DNA of 63,245 nt, from positions 458 to 63,702 of the forward strand of contig JALUCS010000007.1 in NCBI GenBank assembly GCA_027050205.1. Reading direction: 5' to 3'. Made by a program: the position numbers and the translations under genes. A model generated the notes under the pieces. The model was not told where the DNA came from. It made no database searches and was given only the letters and a program-made list of their open reading frames with translations. Shown piece after piece: positions 40,186-50,591 of this stretch (within the stretch, counting starts at the first letter, position 1; every line of letters begins with the position of its first letter). The stretch is from a candidate division WOR-3 bacterium (GTDB taxonomy: Bacteria; Hydrothermota; Hydrothermia; LBFQ01).

Positions 40186-42318
40186 TCAGCTGCCGGGGAG
40201 TATCTCGTCTACCAAGGTAAGGGCTTCCTTGAGGAGGGCAAGCCTCCTCTTGCGGTTCTCCTCGTTCTCCACCATAACGGGGACGTACGTAAAGAACTCG
40301 TCCAGGGCCTCGTAGAGGGACAGTAGAGCCTTCAGGTAGGCTTCGTAGGTGCGGAGGATAACGTCGGGGGACTGTTTCAGGACGTCTATATCCCTAACCT
40401 CCCTAAGCGGCCCCTCCTCTATGGCCGTAAGGACACCCTTTAGCCTCTCCTCGTACTCCCTCGCCTTCTCCGGCTCCTCCTCCTTCAAGAGCCTTTTGGC
40501 CTCGCTCCCGACTATGCGACGGAGCCTCTTCACTATGGTGGCGAACTTCTCCCTATTCTCCCCTACCACCACCCTCTCGTAGGCCCTCGCCTTTATGGCG
40601 GAGAGGAAGACGTTCTCGCCGTCGTAGGTCAGGAGGACGTTGGAGGGGTCCTCCGGGTAGTACCCGTAGGAGAAGGTCTCCTGTATCCACGTCAGGGCGT
40701 TGGGGAGGGTGTCCCGGACGAGTCCATCCCAGACATCCCGCCTGTGGGGGTAGGTCTCCGTAAGGGCGTAGAAGTCCCGGAGGGCGTACCTTCCGAACTC
40801 GTACCCGGCCCCCCCGTGGAGGAGAAGGGCGAGGAATCGGCGTACGTTGGTCCTTATGCCGAGGGGATCCTTTGAGGAGGTCCAGCGGTAGTCTATCTTC
40901 AGGAGGCCGTCGACCGTGTTGAGGGCGTCGGCTATGGCCACGGCCGTCCCCTCCAAGGTCTTTGGAAACCTCTTACCCTTCGGTAGCCTCGCCTCGTAGA
41001 TGCCCACGGCGTACCTCTCCGCCCTCTCCGGGTCCCCCCACTCCTCCGTCAGCTTGTCGCGGGCGTAGTAGTAGCCTATCTTCCCCTCTAACTTGGTGAA
41101 CTCCTTCCCGTCCCGGATCATAGAGGTGGCCGTGTCAAAGAGGTAGTGGGTGGCGACGAAGTCCAAGATCTCCGGATTTATCCCTTCGGGTTTGGGCATC
41201 CTCCGGGCCATCTCCCTGACCCTCTCCATCCTATCGTAGAGGGAGCCGAGGCCCTTTATCCACGTGACGTTCTTTAGGTTGGCGACGTAGTAGGACAGGG
41301 GACGCTTGAGGTCCTCCGTCTTGTAGAAGAGGGCGTCGTCCAACCTCGCCTTCAGGACACTCTCGTACCCCTTCCGGTGGGTCTCCAGGCCCTTCGGATT
41401 GTTTGAGAAGGCGACGAAGCCGGGTTTGAGCTGGCCATCCTCAAGGTGGGGGACGTACCTCTGATGGGCTACCATGGCCGCCATTATGACCTCCGGGTAG
41501 AGGGATTTCAGGAAGGCCTCGTCGTATTTGCCGTATACTGCGTACCCCTTCTCAACGAGGCCCGTTATCTCGTAAAGTAGAGTTTCAACGTCCGTCTCGT
41601 ACTCCGAGTAGGCCTCCCTGTCCAGTTTGAAGAACCTCTCCGTCTCCTCCCTTATCCGTTGGAGCCTCTTATGGAAGTCCGGTATCACCCCGGCCTCCTC
41701 CAGTACCTCCTCGTAGGCCTCCGCCTCCGGCAGGTCTATCGCCCTCCTTACGGGAAGGCGTCCGGTGTAGGTCCTCCTCCCGGCCTTCAGCCTCCCAAGG
41801 CTTACGGGCAGCACCTCGTCCCCGTACAGGACCACCAGCCACCTTATTGGCCTTATGAAGGTGAGGCCGGAGTCGTCCCACCTCATCCTCTTGGGGAGCG
41901 GCACCGTCCTGACGTACTCCTCCAGCAGTCCCTTCAGTACGTCCTTGAGATGCTCACCCCCGCTCTTCACCTTTACGGCGACGTACTTCCCCTTCCCCCT
42001 CTCAACTACGTACGCGTCTTCGGGCCTCGCCCCTACGCTCTCGGCAAACTTTACGAGGGCGACCGTGGGTCTGCCCTCTAAGTCGTAGGCCACCTTGACG
42101 GGAGGCCCCACCTTCTCCACCTCAACGGTCGCACTTACGGGGGAGACCTCAAGGAGGGCCGACAGTCGGCTCGGCGTGGCGAAGTACCTGCCGTTGCCCA
42201 CCGCGAACCCCTTGGCCTTTAAATTATCCCTCAAAAAGTTCAGGAGATAGGCGGCTGCCCCTTCCTGAACGAAAGCCGGTATCTCTTCGCATCCCAATTC
42301 TACCAAAAGCCGTCTCAC
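40186..42318 (-). CDS. glyS: Glycine-tRNA ligase beta subunit
   Basis: ELGCEEIP, TPSRL, GPP, MRW..FIRPIRW, HQRY, ARLDDA.F, EFTKLEG and SKDPLG motifs. Confidence 0.93.
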   Translation of the reverse strand: MRRLLVELGCEEIPAFVQEGAAAYLLNFLRDNLKAKGFAVGNGRYFATPSRLSALLEVSPVSATVEVEKVGPPVKVAYDLEGRPTVALVKFAESVGARPEDAYVVERGKGKYVAVKVKSGGEHLKDVLKGLLEEYVRTVPLPKRMRWDDSGLTFIRPIRWLVVLYGDEVLPVSLGRLKAGRRTYTGRLPVRRAIDLPEAEAYEEVLEEAGVIPDFHKRLQRIREETERFFKLDREAYSEYETDVETLLYEITGLVEKGYAVYGKYDEAFLKSLYPEVIMAAMVAHQRYVPHLEDGQLKPGFVAFSNNPKGLETHRKGYESVLKARLDDALFYKTEDLKRPLSYYVANLKNVTWIKGLGSLYDRMERVREMARRMPKPEGINPEILDFVATHYLFDTATSMIRDGKEFTKLEGKIGYYYARDKLTEEWGDPERAERYAVGIYEARLPKGKRFPKTLEGTAVAIADALNTVDGLLKIDYRWTSSKDPLGIRTNVRRFLALLLHGGAGYEFGRYALRDFYALTETYPHRRDVWDGLVRDTLPNALTWIQETFSYGYYPEDPSNVLLTYDGENVFLSAIKARAYERVVVGENREKFATIVKRLRRIVGSEAKRLLKEEEPEKAREYEERLKGVLTAIEEGPLREVRDIDVLKQSPDVILRTYEAYLKALLSLYEALDEFFTYVPVMVENEENRKRRLALLKEALTLVDEILPGS

Positions 42319-42391
42319 GAGTGGGGATTTTACACCCGTCCCGTATCCGCCCCACGCCCCCTTTGGGCGTTCCCCAGTATAATAGCCGCTT

Positions 42392-42658
42392 ATGGCGAAG
42401 AAGCTCTCCGTGTTGAGGACGCAGAGAAGGCAGGAGCGCAGGCGTTTGAGGAACCTCCGTTGGAAGAACCTCTACCGCGCCCTCCGTAAGAGGTTCAGGA
42501 AGGCAACGACGGTTGAGGAGAAGGAGAGGCTCCTCCGGGAGCTGTACTCCACCCTTGACAAGATGGCCCAGAGGAGGATATTCCATCCCAACAAGGCGGC
42601 CCGTCTGAAGTCCAAGTTTACCCGCTACTTCAGGGAGTTCGCCCAGACGCAGGGCTAA
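42392..42658 (+). CDS. rpsT: 30S ribosomal protein S20
   Basis: RRLRN and LDKMA..IFHPNKAARLKS motifs; basic 88-aa protein. Confidence 0.9.
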   Translation: MAKKLSVLRTQRRQERRRLRNLRWKNLYRALRKRFRKATTVEEKERLLRELYSTLDKMAQRRIFHPNKAARLKSKFTRYFREFAQTQG

Positions 42659-43023
42659 TGCAGGAGTTCTTGGACTACATCCTGGATCATTACAGGCGGC
42701 CAAGGCGCCGGGGTGAGATTGAGGGGGCAGACGTCGTCCTGAAGGGAGGGAACCCCGGCTGCGGAGACGTGGTGATAATTTACCTCAAACGGGAGGAGGA
42801 CGGGAGGCTCCGGGTGTCCTTTACGGGGGAGGGCTGTACGGTCAGCCAGGCCTGCGCCTCCATCGTCTGCGAGGCGGCGGACGGGAAGACCCCCCAGGAG
42901 ATCCTCTCCCTGGACCACACCTTCCTTGAGGAGAGGGTGGGACCGGACATAATGCGGAGCCGGTTCAAGTGCGCCACCCTCGCCCTGGACACACTCAAGG
43001 CCGCCGTTAGGAGCCTCCAGTGA
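42658..43023 (+). CDS. SufU/IscU-like Fe-S scaffold protein
   Basis: ILDHY..P, NPGCGD, GCTVSQA and RFKCATL motifs. Confidence 0.9.
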   Translation: MQEFLDYILDHYRRPRRRGEIEGADVVLKGGNPGCGDVVIIYLKREEDGRLRVSFTGEGCTVSQACASIVCEAADGKTPQEILSLDHTFLEERVGPDIMRSRFKCATLALDTLKAAVRSLQ

Positions 43024-43754
43024 AGCGTTTCCTACTCTTGGTTCCCCTCCTACTCGTAGCAGGGTGTGGAGGTGGGAAGAAGGACACCGTGATCCTCTCC
43101 AACGTACCCCTATACTCCTTGGCTCTTGACCTGTGCGACTCCTGCGATTACTACGTCGTCGTCAGGGGCGCTGGCCACATGCACACCTACGAGCCTACCC
43201 CCAAGGATCAGGTGATGGCCACCTCCTCCTGCGCCTTCTTGAGGGTCAAGGGATTGGACGAGTGGGCGAAGGGATGGAAAGGCACCGTAATCTCCCTACC
43301 CGACCCCCACTTCTGGCTCTACCGGGAGGGGGTGGAGGCTGTGGCCGACAGTCTGGACGCCGCCCTAAGGAGGTGTCAGGCCGGGAGGTACGACACGGCC
43401 GCCCTCGGAAGGTTCAAGGGGGAGGTCAGGTCCCTCTTCTCTCCCGGTCTGAAGGGGAGGGTATGCGCCTCCTCCTTCGCCGTAAGACGTCTCCTGACGA
43501 GCCTCGGCTTGGAGGTCCCGTGCGTCCTTCAGAGTGAGGAGTTTCGGGAACCCTCTCCGGTGGAGGTGAGGGAGTTCCTCCGGGCGGCCGAGGAGGTGGG
43601 GGTGGTGGTTAAGGACACGGCCGACGTACTCCCCAGACTGCCGGAGGGGGTGAAGGTGATAACCCTCAACGTCCATCCTAAGTACGGGGAGAGGTACTCC
43701 GATTTTCTTAAAAGAAACGTCTCCCGGTTGAAATCTGGCCTATCCGGGCTTTAG
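43020..43754 (+). CDS. ZnuA-like metal-binding lipoprotein
   Basis: Lipobox VAGC; HTYEPTP, DPHFW and EPSP motifs. Confidence 0.8.
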   Translation: MKRFLLLVPLLLVAGCGGGKKDTVILSNVPLYSLALDLCDSCDYYVVVRGAGHMHTYEPTPKDQVMATSSCAFLRVKGLDEWAKGWKGTVISLPDPHFWLYREGVEAVADSLDAALRRCQAGRYDTAALGRFKGEVRSLFSPGLKGRVCASSFAVRRLLTSLGLEVPCVLQSEEFREPSPVEVREFLRAAEEVGVVVKDTADVLPRLPEGVKVITLNVHPKYGERYSDFLKRNVSRLKSGLSGL

Positions 43755-43766
43755 AATCTTAACTCT

Positions 43767-44258
43767 ATGCTCAACGTGGTGCTGTTTGCGTCGGGGGTTT
43801 TGAGTTCCCTACTTCTCCTCCTAACGCTGTTTGACATCATAGACCTTGACCTGGACGTACCGGGACTATCACTCCGGGGTATATCCCTGTTTATCTCCGT
43901 CTTCAGCTTCGGCTCGCTCTTCTTCCGTTCGGTGATGGGTGGAGGTTTCCTATCTCTAGCCCTCGGCTTCTTCCTCGGCATCCTCGCCTTCGGCCTTACC
44001 TTCCTCTTTGAGATGGCTATAGCGAAGTTCTTCAAGGGAGGGGATGTCGTATCCGACGAGGACTACATCGGCGAGGTAATGGAGGTCTATCTGACGATCC
44101 CGAAGGGCGGTAAGGGAAGGATAATGGGGAACGTAAGGGGTATGTACGTTGAGAGGGACGCCGTATCCACGGCCAACAGGGACCTCAAGCCGGGTGAGAG
44201 GGTCGTCGTGGTGGGGTTCAAGGACGGGTACCTATGGGTTGAACCTTTGGAAGACTAA
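43767..44258 (+). CDS. NfeD-like membrane protein
   Basis: Three TM helices plus C-terminal OB fold (VYLTIP..G.G, GERVVV..L.VEP); precedes flotillin. Confidence 0.85.
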   Translation: MLNVVLFASGVLSSLLLLLTLFDIIDLDLDVPGLSLRGISLFISVFSFGSLFFRSVMGGGFLSLALGFFLGILAFGLTFLFEMAIAKFFKGGDVVSDEDYIGEVMEVYLTIPKGGKGRIMGNVRGMYVERDAVSTANRDLKPGERVVVVGFKDGYLWVEPLED

Positions 44259-44273
44259 AAGGAGGTAGAGAGT

Positions 44274-45641
44274 ATGCAGGGAACGGAGATGGTATTCGGA
44301 AGCTCGCTCTTCGTCATAGCAGCGGTCATCTTCGTCCTTCTTGTAGTGATAGCGAAGTCCTACAAGAAGGTGCCGCCCAACAAGGTGATGGTCATATACG
44401 GTGTGGGGGCGGGCGGTAAGAAGAAGATCGCCAAGATAGTCACTGGGGGAGGGGCTTGGGTGATACCTTTCCTCCAGAGCGCCAAGTTCCTGGACCTAAG
44501 CCCCATAACCATAGACATAGACCTCAAGGACGCCCTCTCCAAGCAGAACATCCGCATAAACGTGCCTTCAACCTTCACCGTAGCCATATCCCCGGAGGAG
44601 GGGGTGGTTGAGAACGCCGCCCAGAGGCTCCTCGGCCTAACCCGTAAGCAGATAGAGGACCTCGCCAAGGACATAATCTACGGCCAGATGAGGGTCGTCA
44701 TAGCGAGCATGCCCATAGAGACCATAATATCCGACAGGGAGACCTTCGTGGAGAAGGTGACGGAAGGGGTTGAGACGGAGCTACGGAAGGTCGGTCTGAA
44801 GCTGATAAACGTCAACGTCAAGGACATCATAGACTCCTCCGGATACATAGACGCCCTCGGTAAGGAGGCGGCGGCCAAGGCCATAAACGAGGCCAAGGTG
44901 AAGGTGGCCATACACGAGCGGGACGGGGAGATAGGGAAGGCCGAGGCCGAGAAGGAGATGAGGATAAAGGTGGCCGAAGCCAACGCCACGGCGGTTGAAG
45001 GGGAGACGGAGGCCCAGATACGTATAGCCTTTGCGGAGGCCCACAAGCGGGAGAAGGAGGCGGAGGCCCAGAGGCAGGCCATAACGGCGGAGAAGGTCCA
45101 GATGGCCAAGGCCCTTGAGGAGGCGTACGAGGCGGAGAAGTTGGCGGAGCTGAAGAGGGCGGAGAAGGAGAAGGCCAAACTTCAGGCCGACGTCATAGTC
45201 AAGGCGGAGGTTGAAAAGCAGGAGAAGGAGATAAGGGCGGACGCCGAAGCCGAAGTCTTGAGGAGGAAGGCGAAGGGAGAGGCCGACGCCACACTTATGA
45301 AGTACGAGGCCGAGGCCGAAGGTATAAAGAAGGTCCTCGTCAGTAAGGCCGAGGGCTACAAGGAGCTGTTCGCCTCTACCGGAGATCCCAACGCCGTCGT
45401 CCTGTTGTATATCGCCGAGAACCTACCCGACCTCGTGGACAAGCAGGTGGAGGCCATCAAGAACCTCAAGATAGACAAGGTCGTCGTCTGGGATAGCGGA
45501 GGCTCAACGGCCAGGTTCGTTTCGGGACTCGTAGGGGCCTTACCACCCCTCAAGGACCTGCTTGAGAGCGCCGGGATGAACCTCGCAGACCTCGTCAGGA
45601 AGGAGGGGGCAACCGACCAGCACCAGGAGGACCAAGGTTAG
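44274..45641 (+). CDS. Flotillin/SPFH protein
   Basis: YKKVPPNK, GGGAWVIP, GLKLINVNV.DI and EA-rich coiled coil. Confidence 0.92.
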   Translation: MQGTEMVFGSSLFVIAAVIFVLLVVIAKSYKKVPPNKVMVIYGVGAGGKKKIAKIVTGGGAWVIPFLQSAKFLDLSPITIDIDLKDALSKQNIRINVPSTFTVAISPEEGVVENAAQRLLGLTRKQIEDLAKDIIYGQMRVVIASMPIETIISDRETFVEKVTEGVETELRKVGLKLINVNVKDIIDSSGYIDALGKEAAAKAINEAKVKVAIHERDGEIGKAEAEKEMRIKVAEANATAVEGETEAQIRIAFAEAHKREKEAEAQRQAITAEKVQMAKALEEAYEAEKLAELKRAEKEKAKLQADVIVKAEVEKQEKEIRADAEAEVLRRKAKGEADATLMKYEAEAEGIKKVLVSKAEGYKELFASTGDPNAVVLLYIAENLPDLVDKQVEAIKNLKIDKVVVWDSGGSTARFVSGLVGALPPLKDLLESAGMNLADLVRKEGATDQHQEDQG

Positions 45642-46570
45642 GCCTTGAGGGTGTCGTCGCCGCCCTCCCCTGTGGGTATCATCACGACCTTTAGGAGGGA
45701 GCGGAGATCCGGGTCCACCTTCTTGAACCGCTCCTCTAGGCCGAACGGGTCTCCCTTGAGGTACTTGGACCTCAAGGACAGGTATTGGAGGAGTTTAACG
45801 TAGAGGATGGACAGGTCTCCGCCCTCCTGTTCCTCCTCCAGCCAGTCCAACAGGGCGTTGGTCTCCTCCACCCAGTCCACCTCTTCGGGCAGTACCTTCC
45901 CCGCCTTTACCTCGTAGGCGAGTCGCATCAGGATGGTGTCCAACGCCATAAGGAGCCTACCCAAGAGGACCTCAAACTCGCTCCCCTCCCTCGTCCGCAA
46001 CGCAAGGCCGTACCTTACGGCGTACTTGAAGGCCCGGTCGGAGGATACGACGGTGTTGATGTAGGAGGCGGCCTCCAGGAGTAGGACGGCGGTCATCTCC
46101 TCCTCGTCCACCCTCTCGGTGAGGTCGTTCACCTCGTCTATGTAGGGTCTTAACTCCTTTATTCGGTTCTCCACGAACAGGGTGGCGACGAGGAGGGATA
46201 GAACGGCTACGTAGGGTTCCTCGTACCCGCTGCGTTTGGCTACCTTGAGGACCTTCTTCATATCCCTTGAAAATCCCAGGTACAGCCCGTTATCCCAGAG
46301 GGTGACGATCCGCAGTATTTCGGCTATAACCGATAGGACGTCCAACCGGGATAGAATCTCCGGGTCGTCGGACCTCTTCTTAAGCTTGGCTATCCTATCC
46401 TTCGCTCTACCCAACACCTCCGTGACTTCCTCCCATCCCTTCCCCTTCAGGATGAGGTTCTGGGCATAGGCGAGGTCCTCCAAGACCTCGTCCAACTCAT
46501 CGTCCTCCAGCCCCACCGCCAGAATGAGGAGGGATACGTAAAGGGAGACCAACTTGTAGAAGTCCTTCAT
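45638..46570 (-). CDS. Hypothetical helical protein
   Basis: Genome-typical codon usage; ATG 46570 lies 8 nt after TAGAAT. Confidence 0.65.
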   Translation of the reverse strand: MKDFYKLVSLYVSLLILAVGLEDDELDEVLEDLAYAQNLILKGKGWEEVTEVLGRAKDRIAKLKKRSDDPEILSRLDVLSVIAEILRIVTLWDNGLYLGFSRDMKKVLKVAKRSGYEEPYVAVLSLLVATLFVENRIKELRPYIDEVNDLTERVDEEEMTAVLLLEAASYINTVVSSDRAFKYAVRYGLALRTREGSEFEVLLGRLLMALDTILMRLAYEVKAGKVLPEEVDWVEETNALLDWLEEEQEGGDLSILYVKLLQYLSLRSKYLKGDPFGLEERFKKVDPDLRSLLKVVMIPTGEGGDDTLKA

Positions 46571-46870
46571 CACGATTGATTCTAAGGAGGTAGATACACC
46601 CGCGACGCCCCTTTCAAGGTCGGGGGGGCCTAAGATGAGGGGCCGCAAAGGTGTCCGGACGAACCCGACGGGCGTACGGATGGATCATGCCTGTCGGTGC
46701 AGTTTTGCGTGAATAGAACGAAGTATTCGGTAATATTTTGCTAATTTGTTGTTAAAAATATGCATTTATTCTGAAATTAATACAGAATTTTGTGATTTAC
46801 TTAGGAAACATTAGCATATAGCAGAAATCCTCTGCAAACGACATCCCTACTGCTCTATAATTGCCATACC

Positions 46871-48172
46871 ATGTTGATTTGGCTAACAGGTTGGGTAGTG
46901 CAGCCAGTTATAAACGACACCGTCTATGTGGGGGACACCTGCCCCGGTACGGCGGTGGATACGGCTCTCCTCGGTATATCCTCATACACCTGTGCCGACG
47001 TTATGTTTGCCTTTGACCTTACCGGTTCAATGGGGGACGAGCTAAGCGACGCCCAGGCCAACGCTAACGCCATAATGGACTCCCTTATGTCCTCCATCGC
47101 CGATATACGTTTCGGGGTAGCCTCCCATATGGACTACAACGGCTCGTATAACCACTGTGGCTACTCTAACACCTACGGTAGCGGTGGGGATTACCCCTAC
47201 AGGCTGAACCTCCCCCTCACCTACGATACGGCCACCGTACGGGCTACGATCAACTCCCTTTCCCTCGGAAACGGTGAGGACGGACCGGAGAGCTACGCCC
47301 GTCTCCTGTACGAGATGGTCTACGACACGGCCATACACTGGAGGGTGGAGTGCGCCCGATTCGTGGTGTTCTGGTTAGACAACGTACCCCACGCCTGCGA
47401 CCTCAACGACGGCAGTAGGCCGGTCTCCTACAACACTGGGGCGGATCCGGGTAGGGACGGTGTAGCCGGCACCTCCGACGACATATACTGGTACCCCCTG
47501 ATGAGGACCCTAAGGACGTCCGGTATCAAACCCATAATCCTCTACTCTGTGGAGGACGACGGTTGGGGGCCGGAGGCCCTGTCTATGTCGGATTGGGAGT
47601 ACTGGATGGGGGACACCCTCGCCAACGGGATAGTGGCCGAGCTGGGGGACAACGTCGCCCACCAGATAGACTCTATAGTTAATAGCACCGCCCTCGTTAT
47701 AGACTCCCTATGGCCTATGGTGAGGGAGACGGCCTACAGGCCTTGGGTCGTATTCACCCCTCCCTACTACACCGGCATAACCCTTACACCTCCAGAGGAC
47801 ACCTTCTCCTTCGGCATAAACTTCACCGTACCCGCGACGGCTACGCCCGGCCTCCACACCTTCCACATAGACTACTACCGAGACGCCATAAGGGTGGATA
47901 CGCAGTTGGTGAACCTGTGGGTGTACGACTGTTCGGCCTCTTGGGACGATCCGACGGCGGTAGCAGAGAGGAGGGAGAGGTCGCTGTACGTAGCCGGGAC
48001 CGTCTTGAACGTACCGGAGGGGTACGAGGTGGTGTTCTACTCTGCTGACGGTAAGAGGCTGCTTAAGTTGAGGAGGGGTAAGTACGACCTACGGAGGTAC
48101 CTCCGTCCCGGAGTTTATCTTGGGATAGCAGAGGGTGAGAAGGTGTTGAGGTTCAAGGTGGTGATACGGTAG
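46871..48172 (+). CDS. Secreted vWA-domain protein with T9SS-like tail
   Basis: MIDAS DLTGSM, GNGEDGPES and WR....R motifs; tail YSADGK..PGVY..KVVIR. Confidence 0.85.
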   Translation: MLIWLTGWVVQPVINDTVYVGDTCPGTAVDTALLGISSYTCADVMFAFDLTGSMGDELSDAQANANAIMDSLMSSIADIRFGVASHMDYNGSYNHCGYSNTYGSGGDYPYRLNLPLTYDTATVRATINSLSLGNGEDGPESYARLLYEMVYDTAIHWRVECARFVVFWLDNVPHACDLNDGSRPVSYNTGADPGRDGVAGTSDDIYWYPLMRTLRTSGIKPIILYSVEDDGWGPEALSMSDWEYWMGDTLANGIVAELGDNVAHQIDSIVNSTALVIDSLWPMVRETAYRPWVVFTPPYYTGITLTPPEDTFSFGINFTVPATATPGLHTFHIDYYRDAIRVDTQLVNLWVYDCSASWDDPTAVAERRERSLYVAGTVLNVPEGYEVVFYSADGKRLLKLRRGKYDLRRYLRPGVYLGIAEGEKVLRFKVVIR

Positions 48173-48187
48173 GGGTAGTAAAACGGT

Positions 48188-48216
48188 AAAACAAAGGGGG
48201 GGGCTTCAAGCCCCCC
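48188..48216 (-). terminator. Intrinsic terminator
   Basis: GGGGGGCT-TCA-AGCCCCCC stem with an A-rich left flank (U-tract on the minus strand). Confidence 0.65.
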
Positions 48217-48240
48217 GGCACTCTATCAATTACGGAAGGG

Positions 48241-48475
48241 GGATTACACTGATAGGATGAGGGTTGTTCCGCAGCCTCATCAAATGTGGAAGTGGAATTT
48301 TAAGGATACGCATTTCTTGACGGACGTTGATGCGAAATTTCCCATATCGCTGAAAATTGGCTATTCCGTTCAAAGTTCGTTAATGTAGATTACAAGATCT
48401 TAAAGTTCAATTTATGATTTATTGAAGAGTAGGTTTCAGTTTCTTAAAGTCTCACTTTAAGTTTTTAAAGGTGCG
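48241..48475. repeat. Dispersed intergenic repeat, diverged copy C
   Basis: 48241-48305 aligns with 7134-7200 (GTTCCGCAG.C..ATCAAA..AGTG.AATTTTAA); periodic block at 48390-48475. Confidence 0.6.
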
Positions 48476-48579
48476 TAAAGGGTTAATGGGGCATGATCAA
48501 CCTCGGCTCTGACCGTAGATTTCAGAACCCAAAGAATTTTTGTCAATGGCAGATTTTCATCTATCGGTGTAATAGGGAT

Positions 48580-49581
48580 CTAATCCCACAGCGTCCATAC
48601 CACCCCCACCCTGAAACCGTTGGCGTAGGTGCCGAGGTCGTAGAAGGCGTAAAGGGTAAGGTCGGAGTAGAAGGTGAGGGATAGACCGGCGGAGTACCAC
48701 CCTACGAGGGAGGTTTCGTAGGCTGCGAAGGAAGGCTCAAAGAGGACGATGTCCCTTATGGCGAACGGCAGGAGTACCCCCTCAACCCTGTAGGCGTACG
48801 CCGTATCGCTCCTGATACTCCCAGCAGCCTTTAGACGGAGCAGTTTTGTCTCTAAGTTGAAGTATCCCTGAAGCTCGTAGCCGGAGTGTCCCAGCCACTC
48901 CCCCGCAACCACCGCAACCCCCACGATGGGCATCCCTACCGCCACCCTCCCCACGTTCAACCTCCGGCTCCTCGTGTACTCCAACTCGGCCGTCAGGCCA
49001 CTTAGGTAGCTCAATCGGAGCATTAAGCCGTCCCCAACGACGGCGAAGGCGTCGTAGTTGGCCCCCGTCGTACCCAGGCCTATCCCCAAGAGGGTGTCCC
49101 TCCCGGCGTACCCTATGCCCCTTAGGTAGTGGTGGATGCCGAGTTGGAAACCGGCGGACGGTCCCCCTTCGGCCCATCCGAGGGTCGTAGATAGGGACCT
49201 CCAAGATAGGGATAGGAACGCCCCCTCACCGGCGAAAGGGTACTCGCTACCCCGGTAGAGGTACCCCCCGAACCCCCTCCACCTACCGTAGACCCCGAAG
49301 GCGTAATCCTCCGTAAGGCCGTTTCGCCGGGTGAAGGCCTCTCCGACGAGGTTAGGGGAGGCGAACCGTACCCCCACCTTCTGGTAGTTCAGGTTGGAAC
49401 CTACGGGGAGGAGCTTGTGGGTATATACGTCCGTCCTTACCCTCTTGGAGTAGTTGGGGAGGTTCACGAAGTCCTCAAGGAGGAGGTAGGCCGCATCGGA
49501 GTAGAAGGTGTAGGAGTAGACCTCACAGTTGGACGCACCGAAGTAGGGATGGACGGGGTTGCATATGGGGAGGAAAAGCAC
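48580..49581 (-). CDS. Hypothetical outer-membrane beta-barrel protein
   Basis: Alternating aromatic/Gly strands; GTG 6 nt after TAGAAT. Confidence 0.6.
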   Translation of the reverse strand: MLFLPICNPVHPYFGASNCEVYSYTFYSDAAYLLLEDFVNLPNYSKRVRTDVYTHKLLPVGSNLNYQKVGVRFASPNLVGEAFTRRNGLTEDYAFGVYGRWRGFGGYLYRGSEYPFAGEGAFLSLSWRSLSTTLGWAEGGPSAGFQLGIHHYLRGIGYAGRDTLLGIGLGTTGANYDAFAVVGDGLMLRLSYLSGLTAELEYTRSRRLNVGRVAVGMPIVGVAVVAGEWLGHSGYELQGYFNLETKLLRLKAAGSIRSDTAYAYRVEGVLLPFAIRDIVLFEPSFAAYETSLVGWYSAGLSLTFYSDLTLYAFYDLGTYANGFRVGVVWTLWD

Positions 49582-49590
49582 GGGGATATT

Positions 49591-50178
49591 CTACGGAAGT
49601 TTCTCCCACACTATGGAGACGGTACCCCCCAACGTCTCCCCCATTAAGGGGGACCACAGAAAGCCGTTGCCCCGATAGAAGAGGAAGGGGGAGAACTCAA
49701 GGAGGAGGTTCCCCCCTACGCCCAACCCCCTCCATAGACGGTAGTATATCCCGCCCAGGCCCTTAACGGTCAGGCCGTAGCCTAACATACTCTCGGCTAT
49801 ATCGCCAGCGAAGTCGGGGGAGTCGCGGAAACCGGAGACCCTCAAGGCTATGGCTACGGACAGGTGGGCTACGAAGCGGCCGCCCATCGGGTACCTCCAC
49901 CTCCGGCCGAGGGCGAGGTCTACCGCCCACGTACGGTTTCCCCCGTCTATCTCCAAACCTCCGGACGTCCTCCAGACCCTCACCACCTCCCCCTCCCTGT
50001 AGTCCATCACGAAGAGCCACTTACCTTTCGGGGAAATCCGGAGGCCCACGGGATGGAAGTTCCCCCTCCCCCAGGCGTACTCCCCTCCGAGGGAGTAGGA
50101 CCTGCCACCGTACCGGTAGAGGACACCGGCGTAGGAGTAGGAGGAGGTGCCGAAGAAGACGTTGACCCAGACGGGCAT
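49591..50178 (-). CDS. Hypothetical beta-strand-rich protein
   Basis: Amphipathic strands; TATAAT upstream. Confidence 0.5.
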   Translation of the reverse strand: MPVWVNVFFGTSSYSYAGVLYRYGGRSYSLGGEYAWGRGNFHPVGLRISPKGKWLFVMDYREGEVVRVWRTSGGLEIDGGNRTWAVDLALGRRWRYPMGGRFVAHLSVAIALRVSGFRDSPDFAGDIAESMLGYGLTVKGLGGIYYRLWRGLGVGGNLLLEFSPFLFYRGNGFLWSPLMGETLGGTVSIVWEKLP

Positions 50179-50181
50179 ACC

Positions 50182-50532
50182 TTAAGCCGGTATTATATCC
50201 CTTAACGCCCTCCACCACCAGTGGTCGTAGCGTGCGACCTCGTTGGAGAGGCTCTCCATCTCCTCCTTGAGGAACCTCTTACCCTCCTCACCGAGGGTCT
50301 TCAGAAAGGCCGTAAAATCCCTCCGGAACTCCTCCATAAGGCTGTGGGTATAGGTCTCCCGACGTTCAAACCTCTCGGAAAGGTCCAGAAGGAGGGTGCA
50401 TAGGCTGTCGTACACCCCGACCTTGATGCAGTATAGGAGAGTCAGGATCCTCCAGTCCATCCGCGAACCTCTTCCCTCCTTTAGGGCCTTCGCCTCCGCT
50501 TCAAGCCTCCTCATCACTTCACTGAAAAGCAT
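50182..50532 (-). CDS. Hypothetical protein
   Basis: TAAAAT 9 nt before ATG; typical codon usage. Confidence 0.55.
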   Translation of the reverse strand: MLFSEVMRRLEAEAKALKEGRGSRMDWRILTLLYCIKVGVYDSLCTLLLDLSERFERRETYTHSLMEEFRRDFTAFLKTLGEEGKRFLKEEMESLSNEVARYDHWWWRALRDIIPA

Positions 50533-50591
50533 AACACCTCTATTTTACAGCCGGGCGGCTCCTTCTGCAACCGGTTTATAATATTCAGGCT

